A DNA stretch of 64,000 nt from Thermoplasmatota archaeon (lineage in GTDB: Archaea > Thermoplasmatota > Thermoplasmata > UBA10834), in assembly GCA_040751795.1 (NCBI GenBank), contig JBFMHR010000001.1:192001-256000 (forward strand). The letters run 5' to 3'. The notes beneath the pieces are model-generated. The model searched no databases and was not told where the DNA came from. It saw nothing but the letters and a program-made list of their open reading frames with translations. Numbering within the stretch: the stretch's first letter is position 1; each line of letters begins with the position of its first letter. A program made the translations under genes and the position numbers. Positions 46,780 to 56,567 of the stretch are shown one piece after another.

Positions 46780-47868
46780 ATGAAGGTGCCACAGGCCCAG
46801 CCCGTGATGACGGAGGACATGATCCAGGCGGCAGCCGCCGCACTTAGGAACGAGAGGCTGACGCTCGGGGAGAGCGTGAACAAGTTCGAGGAGGGGTTCG
46901 CCAGGATGTGCGGGACCAAGCACGCCGTCGCCCTGAGCTCGGGCACGGCCGCGCTCCAGCTCGCCCTGCAGGCCGCGGGGGTCAAGTGCGGCGACAAGGT
47001 GCTGACGTCGGCGATGTCGTTCGTCGCCACCTCCAACTCGTTCGTCGTGTTCGGCGGGGAGCCGGTCTTCACCGACGTCGACCACGGGGACTTCAACCTC
47101 GACCCCGCGAAGCTCAGGTTCGAGAAGGGCACCAAGGCCGTCATCCCCGTCCACCTATACGGCCACCCGGCGAGGATGGCCGAGATCAACGAGGCCGCCG
47201 CCGAGCACGGCGCGGTCGTGATCGAGGACGCGTGCCAGGCGCACGGCGCGGTGTACAGGGGCAGGAGGGCGGGCGCCCTCGGCCTGATGGGCTGCTTCTC
47301 CTTCTACCCGACCAAGAACATGCACGTCGGCGGGGACGGGGGGATGGTAACCACGGACGACCCGGTGCTCGCCGACCTCGTGAGGAGGCTCAGGCACTGC
47401 GGGAGGAAGGGCCAGTACGAGCACGACCTCATCGGCACCACCGCCAGGCTGAACTCGGCCAACGCCGCGGTGGGCATCGAGCAGCTCAAGATGCTCCCGA
47501 AGTGGAACGAGAAACGGAGGGCCGTCGCCGCCAAGTACGACTCGATGCTGAAGGGCATCGGCGACCTCAGGCTCCCGCCGGGGCCGTCCAAGGACGTCGA
47601 GCCGGTCTACCACCAGTACGCCATACTGACCAAGAGGAGGAACGAGCTCAAGGCGCACCTCGAGTCGAAGGGCGTCGGCGTGGGCGTCCACTACGACATC
47701 CCCATCCACCTGCAGCCGGTCTACAGGGAGATCTACGGCTTCAAGGAGGGCATGCTGCCCGTCACAGAGAGGCTCTGCAAGGAGGTCCTGACGCTCCCGA
47801 TGTTCGTGGACATCACGGACGAGCAGGTCAAGTACGTCGTCGAGAGCATAGGCGCGTTCTACGGGTGA
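46780..47868 (+). CDS. DegT/DnrJ/EryC1/StrS sugar aminotransferase (WbpE-like)
   Basis: SGTAAL, PVHLYG, EDACQAHGA, FSFYPTKNM, GDGG. Confidence 0.93.
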   Translation: MKVPQAQPVMTEDMIQAAAAALRNERLTLGESVNKFEEGFARMCGTKHAVALSSGTAALQLALQAAGVKCGDKVLTSAMSFVATSNSFVVFGGEPVFTDVDHGDFNLDPAKLRFEKGTKAVIPVHLYGHPARMAEINEAAAEHGAVVIEDACQAHGAVYRGRRAGALGLMGCFSFYPTKNMHVGGDGGMVTTDDPVLADLVRRLRHCGRKGQYEHDLIGTTARLNSANAAVGIEQLKMLPKWNEKRRAVAAKYDSMLKGIGDLRLPPGPSKDVEPVYHQYAILTKRRNELKAHLESKGVGVGVHYDIPIHLQPVYREIYGFKEGMLPVTERLCKEVLTLPMFVDITDEQVKYVVESIGAFYG

Positions 47869-47875
47869 TGCTCGC

Positions 47876-48826
47876 ATGGCCAAGTTCAACGTCGGCGTCA
47901 TAGGCATAGGGTACTGGGGCAAGAAGATCCTGGACGAGTTCTCCAAGGTGGAGAACGTCTCGGTGGTCGGCGTCTCGGACATGGACGAGAAGAACCTCGC
48001 CTTCGCGGCCGAGAGGTACGGGGTCAAGAGCGGCTACAAGGACTACAGGCAGCTCCTCGCGGTCAAGGACCTGCACGCCGTCGCCATATGCACCCCCAAC
48101 CAGACCCACTTCGCGGCGTGCAAGGACGCCCTCGAGGCGGGGAAGCACGTGATAGTCGAGAAGCCCATCACCCTCACGTCGAAGGAGGGGAAGGAGCTCG
48201 TGGCGCTGGCCAAGTCGAAGAACCTCACCCTGTCCGTCGGGCACATATTCAGGTTCAACAACGCACTTGCTGAGGTCAGGCGCCTGATCAAGGAGGAGAA
48301 GTTCTTCGGCAAGCTCTTCCTCATGGAGATGAACTGGGTCAACAGCGAGAAGGCCTTCCCCGACAGGGACGTGCTCTTCGACCTCGCGCCCCACATGTTC
48401 GACATCCAGAACTACCTGCTCGGCCACTGGCCCGAGGAGGTCATGTGCGCCGGCGGCCCGTTCAGGAGGAGGGAGGGTGAGGAGACGGCCTACATCGTCT
48501 CGAAGTTCAAGGACGGCGTCCTCGCGATGGCCAACATAAGCTGGCTCGTGCCCAGGAAGACCAGGCAGATCATGCTCGTCGGCGAGAACAGGTCCGCCCT
48601 CATAGACGCTGTTGCGCAGGAGGTCACGGTCTACGAGAGCGGCTACACCTACAGGCTCGGGCTCGAGAGGAACAACACCATCAGGGACGAGCTCGTCCAC
48701 TTCGTCAAGTCCATAGCCGACCCCATGACCGAGACCAGGAACAGCGGTGAGGTCGGAGTCAGGACGGTCGAGCTCATCGAGGCCGCGAAGAGGTCCATGG
48801 CCGAGGGCAGGTCCGTGAAGGTCTGA
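47876..48826 (+). CDS. Gfo/Idh/MocA oxidoreductase (WbpB-like sugar 3-dehydrogenase)
   Basis: GIGYWG, TP--H, GKHVIVEKP, GHIFRFN, DLAPH. Confidence 0.88.
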   Translation: MAKFNVGVIGIGYWGKKILDEFSKVENVSVVGVSDMDEKNLAFAAERYGVKSGYKDYRQLLAVKDLHAVAICTPNQTHFAACKDALEAGKHVIVEKPITLTSKEGKELVALAKSKNLTLSVGHIFRFNNALAEVRRLIKEEKFFGKLFLMEMNWVNSEKAFPDRDVLFDLAPHMFDIQNYLLGHWPEEVMCAGGPFRRREGEETAYIVSKFKDGVLAMANISWLVPRKTRQIMLVGENRSALIDAVAQEVTVYESGYTYRLGLERNNTIRDELVHFVKSIADPMTETRNSGEVGVRTVELIEAAKRSMAEGRSVKV

Positions 48827-48867
48827 GCCCAGATGCTTTATTACCCCTGAGTGGGAATCACAGGGGG

Positions 48868-49998
48868 ATGGCTTCGACGCTCATGCTCTTGGCCAACCCC
48901 TACAGGCCCGACCCGAGGGTGCAGCTGGAGGCCAAGGCCCTCGCCGAGGCGGGGCACCGGGTGACGGTGCTCGCGTGGTCCAGGGACACGGGCCGGAGGG
49001 AGTCCTCGCGCGACGGGGCGATCGAGGTGCTGCGCGTGGGCCCGAGGTGCCCCTTCAGGTCCGCCGCCAGGATGCTCACGAGGCTGCCGAGGTACTGGCT
49101 CGCCGCCATCAGGCTCTCGAGGGGGATGGACTTCGACATCGTCCACTGCCACGACCTCGACACTCTGCCCGCGGGGCTGCTAATAGGCCTCGTGAGGAGG
49201 AGGCCGGTGCTGTACGACGCCCACGAGCTCTACGCGGCGATGGTCAAGGACGACGTCGGGCTCCTGTACAGGCCCCTCCGGGCCCTGGAGTCATGGCTCG
49301 TCCGCAGGGCGGACGCGGTCGTGACCGTGAGCGATGCGCTGGCGGAGGAGCTCTCGAAGGGCAGGAGGGAGCGGCCCAGAGTGGTCATGAACAGCCCCGA
49401 CATAGCCCCGCTCACGGGCGCCGAGACGAGGGTCGTCAGGGAGATGTACGGCCTGAGCGGGTTCGTCGTCTCCTACCTGGGCTCGCTCGAGCCAGGGAGG
49501 TTCGTCGAGCAGATGCTCGGCGCGTTCACGCCGGACGACGGCGTCACCCTCCTGGTGGCGGGCAAGGGCTCCCTGGAGGGGACGGTCGCGGCGGCCGCCA
49601 GCAGGGGCGGCGTGAAGTACGTCGGCTCCGTCTCGACGGGACAGGCGCTGCGCCTCACCGCCGCATCCGACCTCGTGACGGCCATGATGGACCCCTCCAA
49701 CCCGAACAACGTCGTGGGGACGCCGGGCAAGATCCTCAACGCCATGGCACTGGCCAGGCCCTACATCACGAACCGAGGGCTCAGGATCGCGGAGATGACC
49801 GAGAGGGCCGGTTCGGGGCTGGTCGCAGGGTATGACCGGGACTCGTTCCGGGAGGCCGTCCTCAGGGTGAGGAGGGACCCGAAGGCCCTCGTCGATATGG
49901 GGCGCAGGGGGAGGGCGCACTTCGAGGCGGAGTTCTCTTGGCCCAAGAGCAGGAGGGAGCTCCTAGAGGCGTACGGTAGCCTCTTAGGAGCTCGCTAG
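48868..49998 (+). CDS. GT4 family glycosyltransferase
   Basis: DPRVQLEA, HCHDLDTL, YDAHELY, PGK--AMA. Confidence 0.88.
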   Translation: MASTLMLLANPYRPDPRVQLEAKALAEAGHRVTVLAWSRDTGRRESSRDGAIEVLRVGPRCPFRSAARMLTRLPRYWLAAIRLSRGMDFDIVHCHDLDTLPAGLLIGLVRRRPVLYDAHELYAAMVKDDVGLLYRPLRALESWLVRRADAVVTVSDALAEELSKGRRERPRVVMNSPDIAPLTGAETRVVREMYGLSGFVVSYLGSLEPGRFVEQMLGAFTPDDGVTLLVAGKGSLEGTVAAAASRGGVKYVGSVSTGQALRLTAASDLVTAMMDPSNPNNVVGTPGKILNAMALARPYITNRGLRIAEMTERAGSGLVAGYDRDSFREAVLRVRRDPKALVDMGRRGRAHFEAEFSWPKSRRELLEAYGSLLGAR

Positions 49999-50046
49999 AC
50001 CGACTGGCACAAACCATTATATACCTTCGAACCCATTTTATTCCCC

Positions 50047-50064
50047 GTCCGACATCTGTCGGAC
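50047..50064. promoter_or_regulatory. Perfect palindrome GTCCGACA-TC-TGTCGGAC in the smc leader
   Basis: 8-bp arms, 2-bp spacer, just downstream of the TTATATA box at about 50017-50023. Confidence 0.45.
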
Positions 50065-50148
50065 TCAATGGGATGGGATGCAGATAACAGAGCGTGCTAT
50101 AGCGCTAGGTCAGAGGCTGTTTTCGCATCCCGATCGGAGTCGGTCTCG

Positions 50149-53100
50149 ATGCACCTAAGGGAGATTGAGCTGGAGAACTTCAAGTCGTTCGCCCGGAAGA
50201 CGCGCATACCGCTCCTCGAGGGCTACACGTCGATCACGGGCCCCAACGGGGCCGGCAAATCGAACGTCGCCGACGCCATACTCTTCGTCCTCGGGCCAAA
50301 GAGCTCGAGGGTGATCAGGGCCGGCAAGCTCACCGACCTCATATTCAACGGGGGCAAGGAGAAGAGGCCGGCGTCCGAGTGCAAGGTCAGCCTGATATTC
50401 TCGAACGAGGACCGACTCATACCCATCGACTCCGACACCGTGAAGCTCACGAGGGTGGTCCGCCTCTCCGACTCCGCGGAGGGCTACTACTCCTACTTCT
50501 ACGTCAACGACCGCAAGTCCTCCCTGGGCGAGTTCGACAGCCTCCTGGCCAACGCCAGGATAAGCGCCGACGGCTACAACTTCGTCCAGCAGGGCGACAT
50601 CACGCGCATAGTCGAGATGAGCAACCTCGAGAGGAGGCGCATACTCGACGACATCGCCGGGATCACCAAGTTCGACGAGGACATCGCCAACGCGGAGAAG
50701 GAGAAGCTGGCCGCGGAGGAGAACATCAACAGGCTCTCCATCATCCTGGACGAGGTCAAGAAGCAGATGAAGCAGCTGGAGAAGGACCGCGAGGGCGCGA
50801 TGAGGTACAAGGAGGTCTACGACCAGCTCAGCTTCGCCAAGGCGGCCCTCGCCCACAAGCACCGCGACTCCGTCCAGAGGGACATAACCTCGATCGGCGA
50901 GCAGGCCCAGAAGCTCACCGCCGACAAGGAGAAGGCCGAGGCAGACAAGCTCGCGCTGGACGAGGCCCTCAAGGCCATATCCGAGGAGCTGACGGCGGTC
51001 GAGAACGAGATAACGGAGAGGGGCGGCGAGGAGGCCAGGCAGATCAAGGAGAAGATCGACAACCTCAGGATCGAGATGGCCAGGGCGAAGGACGCGGCGG
51101 ACAACGCCGAGGAGATGGCCCAGTCCCTCGCGGAGGTCAAGAAGGCCCAGGGCGAGGACCTCAAGGCCGTGCAGAAGGACCTCGCGGCCCTCGAGGCGAA
51201 GCTCGCACCGATCAAGAAGTCCCACGACGAGAAGTCACAGGCGCTCAAGGAGAGGAGGGCGGAGCTGTCCTCCCACCAGGATGCCGTGTCCAAGTCCGAC
51301 TCGGAGCTCAGCACCATGCAGAAGGGGGCCCTCGAGCTGGCGGTGGACATCACCACGAAGGAGGAGAAGCTCCACGCCCTCAGGCTCGAGATGGACAGGC
51401 TCTCGGAGCGCGAGTCGAGGCTGAAGGTCGACATCGCCAACCTGGAGGAGACCAGGAAGACCTACGAGTTCGAGCTCAAGGACGCAGACTGGTCCCTCAA
51501 GGAGCTCAAGAACGAGACCTCCGCGTCCACCAAGGACCTCAAGAAGCTCCAGGACGAGTACTACGCCCTCAGGGCCAAGGAGAAGAAGCTCCAGGGGCAG
51601 TTCCAGGACCTCGACAACGCCATCAAGAGCCTCACCAGGGAGTACAACCAGATGAAGGCCGAGGCGGAGGCCGAGAGCCTCGTGAAGAAGGGCTACAACA
51701 CCGCCACGACCAACCTCCTGGAGCTCAGGGACAGGGGCACCATCAAGGGAATCCACGGCACCATAACCGAGCTGGCCGACGTCGACGGGGACTACGAGGT
51801 CGCCCTCAACGTCGCCGCGGGGCCGAGGATGCAGTCGATAGTCGTGGACAGCGACGAGGTCGCGGCCCAGTGCATCGACCACCTCAAGAAGAACAAGCTC
51901 GGCCGCGCGACGTTCCTCCCGCTCAACAAGATGCTGGACGGGAGGCCCCGGGGAAAGGCGATCATGGCCGCCAACGCGTCCCTCGGGTTCGCCATAGACC
52001 TGGTCAAGTTCAAGGAGCAGTACAGGTCCGCGTTCTGGTTCGTATTCGGCGACACGGTCGTCACCAAGAACCTGGCCGAGGCCAGGAAGCACATGGGCGG
52101 CGTCCGGCTGGTCACCCTCGACGGGGAGCTGGCCGAGGCGAGCGGCGCCATGGTCGGCGGCACCCTCGACAAGAACTTGCTCAAGTTCGGCGCGGTCTCG
52201 GAGAAGGGGATCGAGAGGAAGGCCACCGAGCTGAGGACCGCCGTGGAGCAGTCGGAGAAGGTCCAGGCGGAGCTGAAGGCCGCCGGGACGAGGCTCCTCG
52301 AGCTGGAGGGGCAGATACGCGACTCGAACACCAAGGACTCCGGCGAGAGCGCCAGGATCGGCTCCCTCGAGGCGAAGAAGAAGGAGTTCGACCAGAAGGT
52401 GGCGTCCATAGTGTCGGAGATAGAGGCCAGGGACAAGGAGCTGTCCGAGACGCTCGACCTCCTGAAGAACGTCGACTCCGACGTGAAGAGGTTCGACGAG
52501 GACATCAAGAAGGTCAAGAAGAGGAAGGAGGCCGTCGACAAGAAGCTGCTCGACGCCACACCCCACGAGCTCTCCCAGAGGCTGAAGAAGCTCGAGGGGG
52601 AGATCTTCGACCTGTCCAACGAGGTGGCGGCCCTCGGCTCCGACGTCCAGACCATCACCAAGCAGTCCGAGCTCGTGACCGCGAGGAGGGACGAGCTGTC
52701 CGCCGCCCTCGAGGCCACGGTCGCCAGGATCGCCGAGCAGAAGGCCAAGGCCAAGGAGAGCCTGGAGAAGCACGAGGAGAACGGCACGGAGCTCAAGGCG
52801 CTGTCCAACATGGAGCGGTCCATGGGCGACAAGCTCAACTCGCTCAGGACCAAGCGCGACAACCTCTACAAGAAGAAGACGGACACCGAGGCGGGGGTCG
52901 AGAAGCTCACGAGCAAGATCCAGACCAACTGCGACATAGTCCTGAGCCTCACGACCAAGATGGGCGAGGCCGAGAAGAGGCTGCAGGAGGCGGAGGCCGA
53001 CCTGGCGCAGTACAAATCCGTCGAGCTCCCCAAGGACCTGCCCTCGGCCGAGGACCTCAGGGCGACCGCCGTCGAGTGCGAGCGCAAGGTCTCGTCCCTC

Positions 53101-53748
53101 GGGGCCGTGAACCTGAAGTCCATCGACGAGTTCGACGAGAGGAAGGCCCGGCACGACGAGATGAAGGAGGAGATCGGCCAGCTCGAGAAGCAGAAGGCGA
53201 ACCTGGCCAAGCTCGTCGCGGAGCTCAACGACAAGAAGAAGGTCGGGTTCACAAGGATCTTCGGCGGCATCAACGAGAGCTTCAAGAAGACCTTCGCGGA
53301 GCTCTCCAACGGCGGCGACGCCGAGCTCCTCCTCGAGAACGAGGAGGACCCGCTCTCAGGAGGGCTCATCATCAAGGCGAGGCCGAAGGACAAGAAGGTC
53401 GTCCGGATGGAGGCGCTGTCCGGCGGCGAGAAGAGCCTCACCGCCCTCTCTTTCATATTCGCCATACAGGCGCACGAGCCGTCGCCCTTCTACCTCCTGG
53501 ACGAGGTGGACATGTTCCTCGACGGCGTCAACGCCGAGAACGTGGCCAGGGCGGTCAAGAGGGGCTCGAAGAACGCGCAGTTCCTCCAGATATCCCTGAG
53601 GAAGGTCACGCTCAAGGAGAGCGACCACATCATAGGAGTCACGATGCAGCGCGAGGGCGTCTCCGACGTGGTCTTCAGGCCCAACATCGGCGAGGGCACG
53701 GAATCCCAGGCGGAGGAGGAGCCCCCGCCCGCACAGGAGGCTGCGTGA
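50149..53748 (+). CDS. smc: Chromosome segregation protein SMC
   Basis: ENFKSF, GPNGAGKSN, VQQGD, hinge GRATFLPLN and G--GAMVGG, LSGGEK, LLDEVD. Confidence 0.98.
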   Translation: MHLREIELENFKSFARKTRIPLLEGYTSITGPNGAGKSNVADAILFVLGPKSSRVIRAGKLTDLIFNGGKEKRPASECKVSLIFSNEDRLIPIDSDTVKLTRVVRLSDSAEGYYSYFYVNDRKSSLGEFDSLLANARISADGYNFVQQGDITRIVEMSNLERRRILDDIAGITKFDEDIANAEKEKLAAEENINRLSIILDEVKKQMKQLEKDREGAMRYKEVYDQLSFAKAALAHKHRDSVQRDITSIGEQAQKLTADKEKAEADKLALDEALKAISEELTAVENEITERGGEEARQIKEKIDNLRIEMARAKDAADNAEEMAQSLAEVKKAQGEDLKAVQKDLAALEAKLAPIKKSHDEKSQALKERRAELSSHQDAVSKSDSELSTMQKGALELAVDITTKEEKLHALRLEMDRLSERESRLKVDIANLEETRKTYEFELKDADWSLKELKNETSASTKDLKKLQDEYYALRAKEKKLQGQFQDLDNAIKSLTREYNQMKAEAEAESLVKKGYNTATTNLLELRDRGTIKGIHGTITELADVDGDYEVALNVAAGPRMQSIVVDSDEVAAQCIDHLKKNKLGRATFLPLNKMLDGRPRGKAIMAANASLGFAIDLVKFKEQYRSAFWFVFGDTVVTKNLAEARKHMGGVRLVTLDGELAEASGAMVGGTLDKNLLKFGAVSEKGIERKATELRTAVEQSEKVQAELKAAGTRLLELEGQIRDSNTKDSGESARIGSLEAKKKEFDQKVASIVSEIEARDKELSETLDLLKNVDSDVKRFDEDIKKVKKRKEAVDKKLLDATPHELSQRLKKLEGEIFDLSNEVAALGSDVQTITKQSELVTARRDELSAALEATVARIAEQKAKAKESLEKHEENGTELKALSNMERSMGDKLNSLRTKRDNLYKKKTDTEAGVEKLTSKIQTNCDIVLSLTTKMGEAEKRLQEAEADLAQYKSVELPKDLPSAEDLRATAVECERKVSSLGAVNLKSIDEFDERKARHDEMKEEIGQLEKQKANLAKLVAELNDKKKVGFTRIFGGINESFKKTFAELSNGGDAELLLENEEDPLSGGLIIKARPKDKKVVRMEALSGGEKSLTALSFIFAIQAHEPSPFYLLDEVDMFLDGVNAENVARAVKRGSKNAQFLQISLRKVTLKESDHIIGVTMQREGVSDVVFRPNIGEGTESQAEEEPPPAQEAA

Positions 53749-53749
53749 T

Positions 53750-54682
53750 ATGATGGCGACGGAGATGGACTGCGCGCAGGTCATGGACCACCTGATGTTC
53801 CAGAAGGCGCTGATAGACGACGGCCCGAGGGAGGAGCGCGAGGCGAGGATCGAGTCGTACGTCAGGACCGTGGAGGAGATCCGCCACGGCACGCTCGTGC
53901 CGTCGGAGGACCCGTTCGAGAGGAGCGTGTCCCTCGTCTTCGAGCTAGTGGTCCAGCAGCGGTTCGACCCGTGGGACATCAACCTGATCGAGTTCTCGAA
54001 GCTGTACCTGGCCAGGGTGAGGAAGGCCGAGGAGGTCAACCTGATCATCGCCGGGAAGCTGGTCTACATGGCATGGGAGATACTCAGGCTCCAGAGCGAG
54101 CAGGCCCTGAAGAGGGCGGAGAGGCCGGAGACGGTCGAGGTGATGTTCGACGGCTGGGACCCCGAGGGATTCGACCAGTTCGTCGACCCGTTCGAGCTCG
54201 GCGCCGGTGAGTCCCTGTTGTACACTGAGGAGCTCCCGATCGACGAGAAGGTCAGGAGGAAGTCGGATAGGCCAGTCACCCTCATAGACCTCCTAGACGC
54301 ATTCGACGAGGCGAAGAAGGAGAGCGACATCCGGAAGGAGCTCGCCAGGTTCATGCAGAAGTACAAGAGGCCGGACTTCGACGACAAGGCCCACAAGGAG
54401 AGCCTCGAGGACGACATAGCCGAGGTCTGGGAGAGGCTCCAGAGGTGCGGCAGCGGCCCCATCCCGATCATGGACCTCTACGCCTCCGGCAAGGAGGACA
54501 GGGTCACGGTGTTCGTGGCGGCCCTCTTCCTGGCGAAGATGGGCAAGATATCGGTGTGGCAGGAGAAGGTGCCATTCGGGACCATATTCGTCGAGGCGAA
54601 GGTCCCGTGGGACATAGCCCAGCTCGAGGACGCGTCCGCGCTGGCGACAGTGCAGGTTCAGAACGTGCCGGTGGTCAAGTGA
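53750..54682 (+). CDS. scpA: Kleisin ScpA
   Basis: DPWDINL, RPVTLIDLLDA, FVAALFL--GKISVWQE--FG; directly after smc. Confidence 0.9.
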   Translation: MMATEMDCAQVMDHLMFQKALIDDGPREEREARIESYVRTVEEIRHGTLVPSEDPFERSVSLVFELVVQQRFDPWDINLIEFSKLYLARVRKAEEVNLIIAGKLVYMAWEILRLQSEQALKRAERPETVEVMFDGWDPEGFDQFVDPFELGAGESLLYTEELPIDEKVRRKSDRPVTLIDLLDAFDEAKKESDIRKELARFMQKYKRPDFDDKAHKESLEDDIAEVWERLQRCGSGPIPIMDLYASGKEDRVTVFVAALFLAKMGKISVWQEKVPFGTIFVEAKVPWDIAQLEDASALATVQVQNVPVVK

Positions 54683-55197
54683 AGAGCGAACGGATCATAG
54701 AGGCGGAGCTCTTCTCCGCCACGAAGCCAGTGTCTGTCACGGAACTGTCGCTCATATCGGGTCTGGACGCGAGGACCGTCAGGTCCGCCCTCGAGAGGCT
54801 CTCGGAGGAGTACAACGGCTCCGACAGGGCCATCGAGGTCGCCAAGATGGGGCCCAGGTACGCCATGCAGGTCAAGAAGGAGTACAGGGACTACGCCTGG
54901 AAGCTCGCGCAGATGGAGATCCCCAAGGACGTCCTGAAGACGGCGTCCCTCATCGCCTACTACCAGCCCGTGCTGCAGAGCAAGCTCTTCGACCTCGTGG
55001 GCAGCAAGGTCTACGAGCACGTCAAGTCCCTGGAGGACATGGGGCTCGTCAGGACGAGGCCGAAGAAGAACAGCTTCGAGCTCACGACCACCAAGAAGTT
55101 CATCGAGACCTTCGGCATAGACGCGCGCTCGCGCGCGGAGGTCAAGGCCTGGCTCGAGGGGGAGCTCGCCAAGAAGGGCCCCGCGAAGAAGGCCTGA
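54679..55197 (+). CDS. scpB: SMC-Scp complex subunit ScpB
   Basis: IEAELF, TASLIAYYQP, TTKKFIETFG; GTGA overlap with scpA stop. Confidence 0.92.
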   Translation: MKSERIIEAELFSATKPVSVTELSLISGLDARTVRSALERLSEEYNGSDRAIEVAKMGPRYAMQVKKEYRDYAWKLAQMEIPKDVLKTASLIAYYQPVLQSKLFDLVGSKVYEHVKSLEDMGLVRTRPKKNSFELTTTKKFIETFGIDARSRAEVKAWLEGELAKKGPAKKA

Positions 55198-55283
55198 CCA
55201 GGCGCACCAGTCGTCGGGCCCGCGCGCCCCCGAACGCAAAGGTTTATCTGACCTAGGCGCATTGACGAGCCCAGTGATTTGGA

Positions 55284-55499
55284 ATGGTCATGCCTCTCAG
55301 TTTGCTTGAGAAGTCCATGAACAAGAAGGTCTCGCTCCTGCTGAAGGACAGCAGGGTGCTCGAAGGCACCCTCACCGGCTTCGACGACTACCTGAACATG
55401 GTCCTCGACGACACCGAGGAGACCAACAACGACCAGGTCAAGAGGCTCGGCACCGTCATACTCCGCGGCAACAACGTGGTCAGCATCACGCCGAAGTAG
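55284..55499 (+). CDS. Sm-like archaeal protein (SmAP/Lsm)
   Basis: GTLTGFDDYLNMVL, ILRGNNV. Confidence 0.96.
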   Translation: MVMPLSLLEKSMNKKVSLLLKDSRVLEGTLTGFDDYLNMVLDDTEETNNDQVKRLGTVILRGNNVVSITPK

Positions 55500-55589
55500 G
55501 CGCGGCTGCGGGTTCTGCCATCTCCGACGCTCCAGCGTACGCCATGCGACGCGAGATGATTTAATACGGCTAAGGCATACCACGGCCCG

Positions 55590-56561
55590 ATGAAGGCCGT
55601 CCTCCTGGTAGGTGGCATGGGCACACGGCTGAGGCCCCTGACCTACCGGATACCCAAGCCCCTCCTCCCCGTCATGGGGAAGCCCCTGATCATGCACGTC
55701 ATAGACTCGATACCCGGCGAGGTCGACGAGGTCATCGTGCCCATCGGGTACAAGAGGGACGTCATGGAGGAGTACCTCCGCTCCCACCCGCCCGGGAGGA
55801 GGATCACCCTCGTGGACGAGCCCGAGCCCCTGGGCACGGGCGGCGCGGTGAAGAACGTGGCGGACCGGATCGACGGCCAGTTCCTCGTCATCAATGGGGA
55901 CGTGATCACCTCGCTCGACGTCGCCTCTTTCGTGAGGTTCCACAGGGCCAAGGGAGGCGTGGCATCCATATCGCTCTGGCCGGTCGAGGACCCCTCGCCT
56001 TTCGGGGTCGCCCAGCTCGACGGCGACTCGAGGATCACCAGGTTCCAGGAGAAGCCGAAGAGGGAGGAAGCGTTCTCCAACCTCATCAACGCCGGCGCGT
56101 ACGCGCTGGAGAGGGAGGTGCTGGACCTCATCGGCGACGGCTTCGTGTCGATGGAGCGGGAGGTCTTCCCGAAGCTCCTCGACAAGGGGATGTACGGGTT
56201 CAGGTTCGACGGGCACTGGATAGACTGCGGGACGAGGGAGAACGTCATCGGGGCCCACAGGATACTGATGGGCAGGAGCGCGGCGGTCTCCCGCAACAGC
56301 GTCTCGGAGGGGGCGACCGTGGAGGCCCCCTCATTCGTCGGGGACGAGGCCGTCGTGGCCGGGGCCAGGATCGGGCCCAGCGCCTACGTGTCCCCCAGGT
56401 GCGTCGTCGGGCCGATGTCCCATGTCGAGGGGTCGGTGCTCTACGAGGACGCGAGGGTCGGCACCAGGTGCAGGATCGTGGACTCGATCATCGACCAGGG
56501 AGTGTCCGTCCCCGACGGGGCGGAGGTCGTTTCTCAGATCGTCAGCAGGGCCACCCAGTAG
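55590..56561 (+). CDS. Sugar-phosphate nucleotidyltransferase with C-terminal hexapeptide repeats
   Basis: GGMGTRLRPLT--PKPLLP, PLGTGG, NGD, FQEKP, WIDCGT. Confidence 0.92.
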   Translation: MKAVLLVGGMGTRLRPLTYRIPKPLLPVMGKPLIMHVIDSIPGEVDEVIVPIGYKRDVMEEYLRSHPPGRRITLVDEPEPLGTGGAVKNVADRIDGQFLVINGDVITSLDVASFVRFHRAKGGVASISLWPVEDPSPFGVAQLDGDSRITRFQEKPKREEAFSNLINAGAYALEREVLDLIGDGFVSMEREVFPKLLDKGMYGFRFDGHWIDCGTRENVIGAHRILMGRSAAVSRNSVSEGATVEAPSFVGDEAVVAGARIGPSAYVSPRCVVGPMSHVEGSVLYEDARVGTRCRIVDSIIDQGVSVPDGAEVVSQIVSRATQ

Positions 56562-56567
56562 GGGGCG

